A DNA stretch of 45,278 nucleotides, counting the filler, from Jimgerdemannia flammicorona (lineage: Eukaryota), in the NCBI GenBank assembly GCA_003990765.1. It is 2 parts of 2 records of this genome, joined end to end, with 100 filler letters (N's around TTAATTAATTAA, not from the genome) between each part and the next. Parts side by side here need not be neighbours in the genome. Positions count along the whole stretch, not along the records: positions 1 to 22,596 come from RBNJ01001242.1; positions 22,697 to 45,278 come from RBNJ01001243.1. One strand, 5' to 3'. Positions 11,522 through 23,173 of this stretch are shown here, piece by piece. The first letter of the stretch is position 1, and every line of letters begins with the position of its first letter. A program made the translations under genes and the position numbers. The notes beneath the pieces are model-generated. The model did no database searches, had not been told where the DNA came from, and saw nothing but the letters and a program-made list of their open reading frames with translations.

Positions 11522-14500
11522 TTAATTACCAGCGTAGAGTCCTGTAATATCCATTCCTTGCATGCATAAGTCAAACTTTGCCTTTGGAAGGGCTTTAGTC
11601 AATGAATCTGCTGTCATATATTCTGTTGGGGTGTATTCAAGGTGTATAGTGCCGTTTTCCATGCATTCACATATGAAATGATGCTGTATTTCAATGTGTT
11701 TCGTTCTGGCGTGATGTATAGGGTTCTTCGCCAAAGCAATTGTTGATTGGTTATCTTGCTAGAGTAGTGTAGAGTGCCATTGCTTGTATTCCAGCTCCTT
11801 TAACAGTTCTCAAAGCCAGATAGCCTCCTTTGTTGTCATTGACAATACTTGATATTCCACTTGCATAGAGGATATTACCACTAAAGATTGCTTATACGTT
11901 TGCCATGAAATGGCTCCATTGTTTACTTTAAAGATGTATCCAGTTGTAGACCTTCTGTCATCTAAGTCGCCAGCCCAATTGGCATCACAAGAACTGAGTA
12001 GGCATATAGTACTCCCGCTTTGCCCATTATTACTGCCCAAACTGAGCATATAGTCTGCGGTTCCTTTGATGTACCTGAAAATTCGCTTGATTGCTATCCA
12101 ATGGCTATTATCATAGCATGAAGAATACTGCATCGCTTTGTTTACTGCAAAAGAGATATCAGGTCTCATCCCTTACATAAGATATATAAGGGATCCCACA
12201 GCTTGTTGATAGGGAATATTGTTTCCCTCAGGCATAGTGTCAGACTTCTTTAGTTTCATGAATGTTTCCATAGGTGTCCCGACTGGTTTGCATTCACTCA
12301 TCCTGAATCGCTCAAGAATATTTCGAATATATGTGGCTTGCATTAGGTGTATAGTACGCTTGCGCCTGTTATGTGTAATCGATATTCCAAGGAGATAGGA
12401 CACTTCACCTAAGTCCATCATTTTGAATTCCTGGCATAGTGTAGCCTTTAAGTCATTGATTTCACTTGCTGTTCTGACTAAAATAATATTGTCAACCCAA
12501 ATTCCCAGGTATATCATTCCTGAGGATGTATGTCGGGTGTATATACATGGATCAGCTTCACAACGCTTGAATCTGTTGTCTAGAAGATATCCATCAATCT
12601 TTTGATTCCACAACCTTGCTGCTTGCTTGATTCTGTAGAGCCCTTTGTGTAATTTACATATGAGCTCATTTCCATCATTGTCATATAGTTCATATCCTTG
12701 TGGTTGAAGAACATATAGTTCGGTATCCACATCTCCATTTAGGAAGGCTATCTTAATGTCCATTTGATGTATCTCATAGTCATACTTGGCTCCAATTGTA
12801 AGAAGTATTCTAAGTGAAGTAAGCTTAAATACCGGGGAAAATGTTTCATTGTAGTTGACTCCAAAGTCTTGTGAATACCCCTTTACCATGAATCAGGCCT
12901 TGTATCATTCTATGCTGCTGTTGCTATCGTGTTTAATTTTATACACTCATCGAGATCCTATGGCTTGTCAATTTGCCGGAAGAGAGACCAAGTCCCACAT
13001 GTTATTCTCGATGAGTGAGTTATACTCCTCGTCTATAGCCTTTTTCCACTTCTTTTTATCGTTCAAATGAATGACTTCGTCATAGTGTGCTGGCTCACTG
13101 GTCATTGCTATGTAAGCACATTCGCAGGTGTAGTTCACGTGATATTGTTTGTGATGAGATGACTTGGGTAGGTTCCAGTAATTTCCCAGATCTGCTTGGA
13201 CTTCATTATCCATCCCAGATTTGCACTTCTTCTTACCCTTCGGAAAGGTATCCTCTTCATCATCCTCATCCATAATTTCTGTTATCCTTAGTTCTTGCAA
13301 CTTCATTTCCATTTGAATGGGTTGTGTTTTCGCTGGCATAGGTCCCAAGGATGTCTTTGGCATAGTCTTCAGTATTGTTCCGGGTGTAGATGTTGTTCCA
13401 CTAGCCTTTACAGTTGGCGTAGATGTTGCTGGCTGTACTGTCGAATTCACCATCAGATTTGAGATAGGAATTTCCATGTAAATTTCCTGCTTAGTCTCTT
13501 TGAACTATACGTCGCGTGAAATGATCATACATCATTTCTGCGGGTTTCAAAGTCTGTATTCCGCTCCATCGTATCCAAGGAATATATGCTTATCTGCCTT
13601 AGGTTCAAACTTGCCTCGGTTGCCACCTTTGTCCAGAATGTATGCCTTGCTTCCGAATATGCGTAAGTGTGAAATGTCAGGCTTGGATCCATTCCATAAT
13701 TCCTCAGGGGTAAGATTGCTGTCATTCCTGGATTGCTTGCCAGGATCCTTGCTTAGAGCTCAAGAGAAACAACGATTTCGAATATATGCTACCATATTCA
13801 CCACTTCCGCCCAAAAGGACTTCGGTAAGCCAGCTGTATTCATCATCATTCTAGCCATTTCCACTACCATTCGATTGAATTGTTCCGCCACACCATTTTT
13901 CTGAGGTGTATAAGGGGCTGTCATAGAGTGCTGTATACCATTCTTCTTCAAGAAGTGTCTGAAACCTTTGTTGACGTATTCTTTGCTATTATCTGAGCAT
14001 AGGGTTCATATTCTACATCCCGTCTCATTCTCTATGGCTGCCTTGAATTCCCGGAATTTGTCGAATGCCTCGTTTTTCTCCGCAATGAAATATATGTGGA
14101 CTTTGCATGTATAATCATCAATGAATGTAATAAAATACTTCTTCCCGGAGTGTGATGTCATTCACATAGGGCCACAAATATCCGTATGAATCAAATCGAG
14201 AATGCCAGCCACTTGCTTCGTTCATTCCTGAAAAGGTTGCTGGGAAGCCTTGTTTGCCATATATCTATCGCAAAAGAAATCCAGTGACATATAGTCCAGT
14301 AAACCATACACGGACTTGCTCCTTATCATCCATTCCAGGCTCATTTTACCAATATGTCCTAAGTGTTCATGCATTATATGCCAGAAATCCTCTCTTGTCG
14401 TAGTTGCAGAATATGCGGATGTAGCACCACTCAGCGTGCCGTTGATTGCATATAGATTCCCCTTTTTTGATGTATACATTAACTCCTTATTGTTCTTCAG

Positions 14501-15961
14501 ATTGATTACCGTTACACCGTTCGGGCGTATATTTACTCCTCTGTCCCCGCGAGCCATCATCTGGCCTATCGAGAAGAGGTTCTTGCCTATATCTAGAACA
14601 TATAGTACGTCCACAAAGGTGCCTGAAGATTCATCAATATTTTCATGTAGATGTATGCCTATATTGCCTTTCCCTTGAGTGTAAATGACGTTATTATCAC
14701 CTAGCTTGATTGGTATGGGATGCTTGAACTTCTCATATGTAGAGAACCACTCCCGGTGAGCCGTCATATGCTGTGTTGCACCCGAATCCATAAGCCAGAC
14801 CTCTTCGCTGCATGCATAAGCACTGTTCGGCGTATAGCTTACATTTGTGCTGGTGCCGACATTGATGTCACCATTTTTTGCTGTCTGAAAAGTGTTTTGT
14901 TGACCAGGATTTGTAGATGTCAAACTGGTGGAATTGCATCTGCAACTGGCATTGGTGGAACTGGCAGTTGGTTCCGAATTTCCTCCTATTTCAATGGTTT
15001 CTGCATATGGATAGGTCGCCACTTCTGCAAAGAATAGACCTCCGCCACCACTGTTTTCATTGTTGGCGTCCACTGTGTTTGCCTGCCGTTGTCCTTGCTG
15101 TTGGCCACCCTTTTCCTTCTTCTTGTGGTTGCAGTCCTACTCATGATGTCCATACTTATTACAGTAAAAGCATTTACTGTTGAATTTCTCACATTGCTGG
15201 CCTCGACCTTTGTTTGGCTTGCCTTTACCTCATCCACATGCTCCGCCGTAGAATGCTTTCTCGTCATATTCCTCATTGGCATTGTTGCTGCCTAGCCTTG
15301 TTTCCTCGTTTAAAAGGCTTATGACAATGTGCTTATAATCTGATAATCTGCCGGATTCCCTCATAGCAGCAACAACTATGTTGTATACTTCAGGAAGGCC
15401 TCATATAAGAGCCAGGACCTTGTCTTCATTCTAGATGGTGTCTGCCAGCATAGATGTAAGAGAATTCACTTGATTTGCCAGCTCGTTGACTTGATTGACA
15501 TAGTCCCAGATGCTCTCCTTGGACTTAATTCGAAGATTGAATAGTTGTGCCTTTAAGTGGAATCTGTTTGACATAGATGCCTGTTGATGGTGATTGTGTA
15601 AAATCTCCCAGGCTTCATTTGCCGTTGTAGCGTTGATTACCAGCTTCATTTGCGCATTCGAAAGGGTGAACATAATCTCCCTTAGTGCTTTGTGATCTTT
15701 CGCAGTGTCGTATGTCATTACTTGCGCATGTGGCTTCCAGTAGTCCTCCAAACTACATTCTTCTAGGAGATTCTTCATATGGTATGCCCATATGGTGTAG
15801 TTCTTACTGTCAAAGACAGGAATCATCCTCTTTACCATTGACATTGGTGCCACTGCCGGAATGTTCATCGTCATGGAAGCGAAACCCATTCTGGCAGTAT
15901 TTGTGTTCGTGTTACCAGAACTTGGTGATGCGCTGCTAGTACTGCTTGAACTAGTAGCCAT
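11522..15961 (-). pseudogene. Copia gag-pol polyprotein, several stops
   Basis: Gag NYTIWAYHM; CFYCNKYGH..DC knuckle; WLMDSGATQHMT (PR); LIHTDICGP and PYTPQKNGVAE (IN); KGYSQDFGVNYNETFSPV, QMDIKIAFLNG, WVDN (RT); DANWAGDLDDRRSTTGY, KHIEIQHHF, ADSLTKALP (RH). Confidence 0.95.
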
Positions 15962-16010
15962 TGTATAGCATAGTGTAGCGTATGTATAAGAGGAGTGTAT
16001 AGCCGCTAAC

Positions 16011-16024
16011 CGGGACTCATAACC
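16011..16024 (-). promoter_or_regulatory. Primer-binding site, half-tRNA-iMet type
   Basis: GGTTATGAGTCCCG, 3 nt inside the 5' LTR; resembles the GGTTATG(A/G)GCCC PBS of Drosophila copia and yeast Ty5. Confidence 0.8.
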
Positions 16025-16027
16025 TTT

Positions 16028-16180
16028 TGTTGTAGAATACATGGAATGGAGGGAGAAGTATTCTGTTTATTGCTAATCCTTATGTGCTTTTACACATTGC
16101 AATTAGTGATGTTTATATGATGACATAGTCAAGGAAGGCTGCACCACCATATATTGAGTTGTAACCTATATATTTCAATA
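16028..16180 (-). repeat. 5' LTR of inner copia
   Basis: TGTTG...TTCAATA, pairs with 11111-11263. Confidence 0.95.
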
Positions 16181-17140
16181 CTATTTTATCCTGAAATATC
16201 CTTATTATCAGTGTATAGCCCCATAATATTCATTCCTTGCATACATAAGTCAAACTTTGCCTTTAAAAGAGCTTTAGTCAATGAATCTGCTATTATATAC
16301 TCTGTCAGGGTGTATTTAAGATATATAGTTCCTTTTTCTACATATTTATATATAAAATAGTGCTGTATGTCAATATATTTCATTCTGACATAATGTATAG
16401 AGTTCTTTGCCAAAGCTATTGTCAACTGGTTGTCTTACTGGAGTAATATAGAGTGCTATTGCTTATATTCTAACTCCCTTAGTAGTTTCCAAAGCTATAT
16501 AGCTTCTTTTGTTACCATTGACAATACTTGATATTCTACTTATATAGAAGATGTCATCACTAAAGATTGCTTGTATATTTGCCATAAAATAGCTCCTTTT
16601 TCACTGATTTTAAAAAGATATCCAGTCATAGACTATCTATCATCCAGATCACTAGCCCAATTAGCATTACATATGCTAGAGAGATTCACAGTACTCTCAC
16701 TTTATTTCTTATTACTGTCTAAACTGAGTATATAGTATGCCATTTCCTAAGGATGTGCTTAACTGCCATCCAATATATATTATCATAGTATGACAAGTAT
16801 TGTACCACCTTGTTCATGGTATAAGATATATCAGGCCTCATCCTGAGCATAAGATACATGAGAGATTCTACAGTTTGTCAATAGGGGATATCATTGTCTT
16901 CAGGTATAGTATCAGACTTCTTTAACCTCATAGATATCTCCATAGGTATTTTAACTAATTTACATTCACTCATGCTAAATCATTTAAGTATAGTTTGAAC
17001 ATAGACTCCTTGGCTCAGATATATAGTCTACACACTCCTGTCATATATAATAGATATCTCAGCTTTCTCCACTATAATTCACATTACACACACTTTACAA
17101 CACACTTTCAAGGCGTTTATTGGAGAAAGTTATTAAGGAA

Positions 17141-19173
17141 ATGTCGACCAGCAAGTAAGCCGACATGCGTACTAGATCAGGTGGACCTGGGGCCTTCAAC
17201 TGGCAGCATGTTGGGAGAGGGTATGGACTGGGAATGGGGTCTTTCGATGGCTCAGGTGGGCAGGACAGCTTGGGGAGTGGAAGTGGCACTGGTGGGAGGG
17301 CTGGAGGGCAGCAGGGAAGGAGCTTTGTGGACATGCTGAGGACTGGGGGTTGGCCAACGGGATCCCGTGGTGGTCAGGCAGGAGGGAAGGGAAAGCAGAA
17401 GGACAGGGCTGCTATGGGAGCTGGGCCTTCACCAGGGGGAGGTGGTGGAAGTGGAGCAGCTGCTGGGGGTAGTGGCAGGACTGCTGATGGGGGCATGATG
17501 ATGAATCAGGAAAAAAAAAGAGATGTGATGGCTGATGGCCAGGGGGGGCAGGGGTTCCTGATGCAGAAGGGGGACCTGGTGGATGGTGTAATGGGGTTGG
17601 CAGTGGCCCCATTGCTCAAGAAGTTGATTTCGGAGTTCGCAGTCACCTTGTGCTTCTGGGGCTTGGCAGTGATGGCGAGGATGGTTCTGGGGCTGATTTC
17701 GAAGCAGGTGGTGGGGGCAGCCTCAGTGAAGTTCTTGAAGGGCTTGGAGGGGGTTGAGGTGGGTTTTGAGGAAGTGGGCCCACTGGATGAGGCCCTGAAG
17801 ACTGGAGTCATGATTGGAGAGGTGGTGGTACCTATGGTGCAGTGCTTGAGGTGGGACCCCAGAGTGGTGCAGCTTCTGGTGAGAGGGGTGCCACAGTGAC
17901 TAAGGAGGAGACTAGGAAGAGGGTGGAGGAGGTGATGATAGAGTATGGTGATGTGGTGGACATAGGCTTTCAGGTGTAGGAGGGGACTACAATCAGGACA
18001 GGTGATGTCGATGTCAGGATTCAGCTGGCAGACAAGGAGGCCACAGGGAAAACGAGTGACTGGCCTTCGGTGCTGATGTGGGGGGCTGTCATCTGCAAGA
18101 TGTCGAGGGTGAAAGGGAGTGAAGAGGAGGAGGAGGACTTGTTGGAGGCACTGAAGGAATTGGGTGGTACTGTGGAGAGGAGGGCGAAGGTCTGGAAACT
18201 GTATGAGGAGTCGATGCATCTGGAGGTTGTGGGTGGTAAGCATATCTGTATGGACAAGAAGCAGTGGGAGCAGGCCCAGGGATGCATGAGGCAGAGGGAG
18301 CTGTTGGCCAGTATGACAGGAGGGGTGGAGAAGAAATCAGTTGGAACTGGAGAGTCTGGAGGCGTTAAGGCCAGTGTCTGGGCTGGTAAAGGAGGAGAGG
18401 AGGTGGAGGCGAAGGAGGCAGAGGCAGGGAAGATACTGGACAAGAATACATTTGCAAACGGTACCTTCGAAGTGTGGGAGCCGGAGTTGGATGCCACCCC
18501 CCCCCCACTTATCAGGAGGGGCCTGGTTGGGAAGAGAGGGATGATGGAGGATACACAGATGCAGGGGGCCCAGCAGGTGCACTTTGGGGTCCCTGATGTA
18601 GCGCAAGGGGGTCAGGTGGTGGCGGTTGGCAAGGAGGAGCTGGTGGATGTCCCTGAGGAGAAGTGGGATGAGGCTGCCAGTGTAGGAGCAGATACCATAA
18701 TGTTGAATGCAGGGTGGCCAGGGACTCCAGGAGGGAAGGAGGTGGGGAACTTGTTGTGAATATGCAAGGTGATGGATAATCTTGCAGCAGAGGCGTTGGG
18801 GGAAGTGAACCTGCAGGCGATGCCTGAGGAGCATTGGGCACAGATTCTGCATAGTGATGGAATGGTGGAGGCACTGAAGGTGGAGATTCTGGCTATTTTC
18901 CTAGAGGAGGAGGGATATGAGATTGATGAGGTGAGGAAGGCAGATTTGGGGGTGGTTACTGGTGAGCGGGTGACATACTGTTGGGTGGAGCATCATGGTC
19001 TGAGGCTCTGGCAGGAGGCCTGTCTAGAGTATCAGGAGGACTTTGAGGAGCATGAAGATGGGGTGATGGTAGAACTTCTAGGGGTGTTGGCAGTGCGGGA
19101 AGCTGGGGAGAGGGAACTAGCTGCTGAACGTGACTTGGACTTGGTGCAGGAGGAGCAGAATGCAGACTTGTAG
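17141..19173 (+). pseudogene. LINE4 ORF1, stops and a frameshift
   Basis: Fragments 17165-17899, 18070-18759 and 18769-19173 align to copy 1 ORF1. Confidence 0.88.
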
Positions 19174-19204
19174 AGGATGGGACCATGATTTATCAGTATT
19201 CTTT

Positions 19205-22200
19205 ATGAACAGTACAACCAACATTTTCTCCTTGAATGTGAATGAGTTAAGGGGCTCTGGGTAGTGTAAGAACATTTTTACTTGGCTCAAGAGATTGGAG
19301 ACTGATCTCTTTTTACTACAGGATGTTTGGTGTGAGGATGAGGATAATCGGATAGAGTGGACTAGGGAATGGGGTGGGGCTACTGCTTGGTTTGGAAAGG
19401 TAGCAATTCTGGTGAGGAGGGGCAGAGGAGACTTGGGGGGTATCAGGAGTTGGGGCGATCACTTGGTCTGGGGAGATTGGCATCGACCAGGGTGGAAATC
19501 AGTAAAGGTGGGCTCTTGCTACTGCCCTGCTGTTAGGGGTGAGAGGACTGCATGGATTAGGGGGCTGCTGGAGGAGGGTATTCTCTTGGAGAAAGGGGTC
19601 GATGTTCTCAGTGGGGACTTTAATATGGTTCAGGATCAGCATCTGGACAGGACTGATGGAGGGAGGAGTGCCAGAGGTAGAAGTGGAGGTCTGGATGCAT
19701 GGGAGGAGGTGGAGACATTGAGCTCCTTGGGGGATATAGGTAGAATAAGGTGGGGTAATGCCAGGGTCTACACACATTGGATGAATAGCTTGGGCACCAG
19801 GATTGACTGGATTCTGATGGTGGAGTGCTGGGGTTCGGATATTTGAAAGGCATTAGAAGTGGAGTGGTGCCTATGGTCTGATCACTGGAGACTGTTGGGG
19901 CAGGGGCAGTTTGGGGGGAGTGGAGATGGACCTGGACATTGGCACCTTAACTCCTCCCTGCTGGCTGAGAAGGGGTTGTGGGAATTGTGGGTGGAGGACA
20001 TTCAGGCAAAAGTTTTGATCTGGAGGTGTGAGGGTCTGCCTGTGGCTGCCTGCTGGATGAGATTGAAAGAGGCTATGAGGGTTTATTGGGGAGGGGCTGG
20101 TAGAGAGACCAGGAGGCAGAGGAGGAGGCACATGAGATGTGCTTCCAGCAGGCTGAGGAGACTACAAATGGAGTGGGCAGATTTGCTCACTATTGTTGGA
20201 GTGGAGGATTGGAGGATTGAGAGGGCGAAATTGGAGATAGGGGAACTACAATAGGTGTTGAGAAAAGAGGAGGAGATGCATATGCGGGGTATGGCTGCCA
20301 GGCTATGGTGGCAGGGGCTTGAGGAGGGGGAGCGGCCTACTAGATACCTATCAAGACTTCTCAAGGCTAGGAGGGTGCGACATCGGTGGGATGGGGTCCT
20401 GGATGATGTTGGAGACATGGTATATGGCATACAACAAATATTGGGGGTTCTGAAGGAGAGATGGCAGGGCTTGTGGAGTGAGGGAGAAGGGGGTGCTGAT
20501 GAGGCAGAGATTGTGGATATACTGGAAGAGTGGGAGCCACCACAAGTAGCTGGTCTGGGAGACTTGATCTTACTGGTACAGGGTGAGGAGATCCAGAGTA
20601 TCCTGGTAGCAACTAAACTTGGGACAGCACCAGAGGAGAATGGATTACCATGGGACTTCTGGAAGAAGATGGTAAATGTCCCCGGAGTTTTGGATGAGAT
20701 GGCTGCTCTCTGTAACTATGTCCTTCAGAGCGGTGAGTGGGTTGGAGAGCAGGATCTTGGGTTGGTGGCCCTTTTGTACAAAGATAAGGGGAGGAGGGAA
20801 GACTGGAAGAACTGGAGGCCAATCATGCTTCTGGATATGGACAGGAAGATAGTGACGAAGGTGATTGTCGCAAGGCTGCAGAAAGTTGTCCAACAGGTGC
20901 TAGGAGAGGAGCAGTGGGGCTTTGTTGGGAGCAGACTTATTAGAGATGGGACTGCATGGGCTCATGGTGTCATTGAAGGGGCCTGGGCCTGTAGACTGGA
21001 TGGAAGGTTAGTCTTTTTGGACCAGGAGAAGGCCTACAACTATGTACGGCAGGTGTGGCTGGACAGGGTATTGGACCAAATTGGTGTGCCCACAAGATTT
21101 AGGGCCTCTATGTTGAGTCTGCTGAAAAGCAGTCAGGCAGCTCTGATGTATAATGGTCACTATGGGAGGGCATTTTTCTTGAGAAGAGGAGTTCCTCAAG
21201 GGGGACCCTCTGTCCCCTATTCTCTATACCCTTTCGCTGGAGCCCTTGATGGATAGGATTTACCGGAAGGTGGCAGGGCTCTCTTTATATGGTATAGTGT
21301 GGAAGGTGGGGGCCTTTGCTGATCATATGGTGGTTAGACTTGGGTCTGTGGCAGATGTAGAGGTACTTCAGGAGACTGTGAAATGGTATGAGGCTCACTC
21401 AGGGGCAAAGCTCAACTGGCATAAGTGTGAGACAATGGTGCTAGGGAATGGGCTAGTGGGTGGGGACGTCATTGGAACAATTGTCTCTACTGGTGAGGTG
21501 GTGTGGTATCTAGGCATCTTCCTGTCTGTATATGGTTCTGTCTTGCCCCGAGTATGGTGAGAGAGCAGGGTGAATATTTGGGGGAAGGCCCTTTGAGGTT
21601 GGAGAGGCCACCATATCTCTCTAGCAGGGCAGGTGTTGATCCTGAATGTATATTGATTCCCCAAGCTGTAGTATGTGGCATATCATCTCGACTTCTCAGC
21701 ATGGGTGGTGAAGAAGCTGACAAAGGTGGTTAGGGATTGGATTTGGGTGGAGAGGAGATCTCAGGTTAGTTGGGATACTCTTGTGAGACCAGTAGTCAGG
21801 GGAGGTCTTGGCCTGGTGGACTTCCCTAAGAGGCTGTACTGCTTGTGAGCTTAGTGGTTGAAGAGAGCAGTAGAACTGCAGGGAGGAGGTTGGGTGTCTC
21901 TGCTATAGAAGGTGTGGGAGATGTGAACATCCCCTTGAGGGTCCTTCAGAGATCTGCTCTCTTTGGTGAGATTGAATGGAATTCAGAGACTGCGGTTCAA
22001 GGGCTTTTAGTGGGGAGTGATTGATGGAGTGCACCGAATTGGCCTGCACTGGCAAGGCAATGAGGGGGAGGAGGTGTGGGGGCCTAATATGTGGCATTGG
22101 GATAGACTGCTCCTGGGGGGTGCTCCGCTGGCTATGTTCGATATTAGGGAGAGAGTGGAGTGTCAGCAGGGGCTTGGCCAGGATCTTTGGCCAAGTGGCT

Positions 22201-22596
22201 GGCAGGCAGCAGGGATTGGCGAGGAGTGGGATTGGGCAGGTATCTGGTCTTGGAGTGCAGAGGTGCAGAGGTGGCTTTCTCCCAAGTTCTGGGTGGTATG
22301 GTGGAGAATGTTGCAGAGGAATGTCATGCTGAATTTCCACACAGGGCATTTGGTAGAGGTTGGACAATTCGACTGTGAGGAGTGTTATGATGTTGGGTGA
22401 GCTGAGGGTCATGTACAGATGCCAGAACATTGGCTGGGAGAGTGTGAGGTTTTGGGGGAATTTTGGGCTGAAATAGGAGATAGACTGGGTGTGGAGAGGA
22501 GGCTGGGGGGGGAGGGAGATCGCTGGGGGGACTTGAGATCTTGGCTTGTGGGTGGGGTGGGTGATAGTTAGCTCACTGTAGGGTGGGTATTAGCAG
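19205..22596 (+). pseudogene. LINE4 ORF2 (APE-RT-CCHC), disrupted
   Basis: MNSTTNIFSLNVN, LSGDFN, TRIDWI, NWRPIMLL, FLDQEKAY, GVPQG, AFADH, CEEC...EHWLGEC. Confidence 0.92.
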
Positions 22597-22696
22597 NNNN
22601 NNNNNNNNNNNNNNNNNNNNNNNNNNNNNNNNNNNNNNNNTTAATTAATTAANNNNNNNNNNNNNNNNNNNNNNNNNNNNNNNNNNNNNNNNNNNN
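22597..22696. other. Synthetic assembly gap/linker (44 N + TTAATTAATTAA + 44 N)
   Basis: Exactly 100 bp and symmetric; the palindromic 12-mer gives stops in all six frames. Confidence 0.97.
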
Positions 22697-22707
22697 AAAA
22701 AAAAAAA

Positions 22708-23091
22708 GCAAGACTGGTAGGTTTAAAGGGACTCAGCAGAGATAGAGAGTGAGGTGAACCTCCTATAGGATGGAGATATTATAGCTGGAGTGAGCAGAGA
22801 TATTGGAGCTGAAAGATATAGAAGATTGGAGACTGAGATAGGCCTAGTTAAAAGTAGAGAAGCTGAAGAGAGTATTGAGAGAAGAGGAAGAAACTCATAT
22901 ATAAAGTATAGTAGCTCAGTTATAGTGGTAGGGGCTTGAGAAAGATAAGAGATCTACTAAGTATCTGTCTAGACTTCTTTTGGTGAGAAGGGTGGGATAG
23001 TAGTAGGATGATCAATAAGGAGAGTGCTCTAGTGAATAGGATGTAGAGAATCTTAGATTCTTTAAAAGATAGATGGGGTAGTCTGTTAAGT
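22708..23091 (+). pseudogene. Old LINE ORF2 relic, left part (host of copy 5)
   Basis: EDWRL...KLKRVLREEEETH...GLEKDKRSTKYLSRLL, homologous to the APE-RT linker; preceded by poly(A) at 22697-22707. Confidence 0.85.
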
Positions 23092-23173
23092 GCATCTTTC
23101 ACCAGTATCACTCAGGTGACACAAGACTTTGACAACACTTTCTTGACATTTTTGGTGACAGATGACTATTGAT

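Larger units (their letters stand above)
11111..16180 (-). mobile_element. Full-length Ty1/copia LTR retrotransposon (5070 bp) with 5-bp TSD CTATT
   Basis: Paired 153-bp LTRs; CTATT at 11106-11110 and 16181-16185; PBS, PPT; domain order Gag-PR-IN-RT-RH. Confidence 0.97.
10714..17062 (-). mobile_element. Older Ty1/copia element: 3' LTR, 3' UTR and RNase H/RT part; split by the younger copia and cut by LINE copy 4
   Basis: 10868-11110 plus 16181-17062 are co-linear with 11264-12390 of the inner copia; ORF 16186..16425 has KYIDIQHYF...ADSLTKAL. Confidence 0.9.
17063..22596 (+). mobile_element. LINE copy 4 (subfamily A2), near full length, 3' end lost in the gap
   Basis: 5' motif CTTTCTCCACTATAATTCACATTACACA; ORF1 and ORF2 homologous to the other copies. 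Confidence 0.95.

Noticed and set aside
22641..22652. Palindrome TTAATTAATTAA
   Set aside because: Artificial six-frame stop linker centred in Ns.
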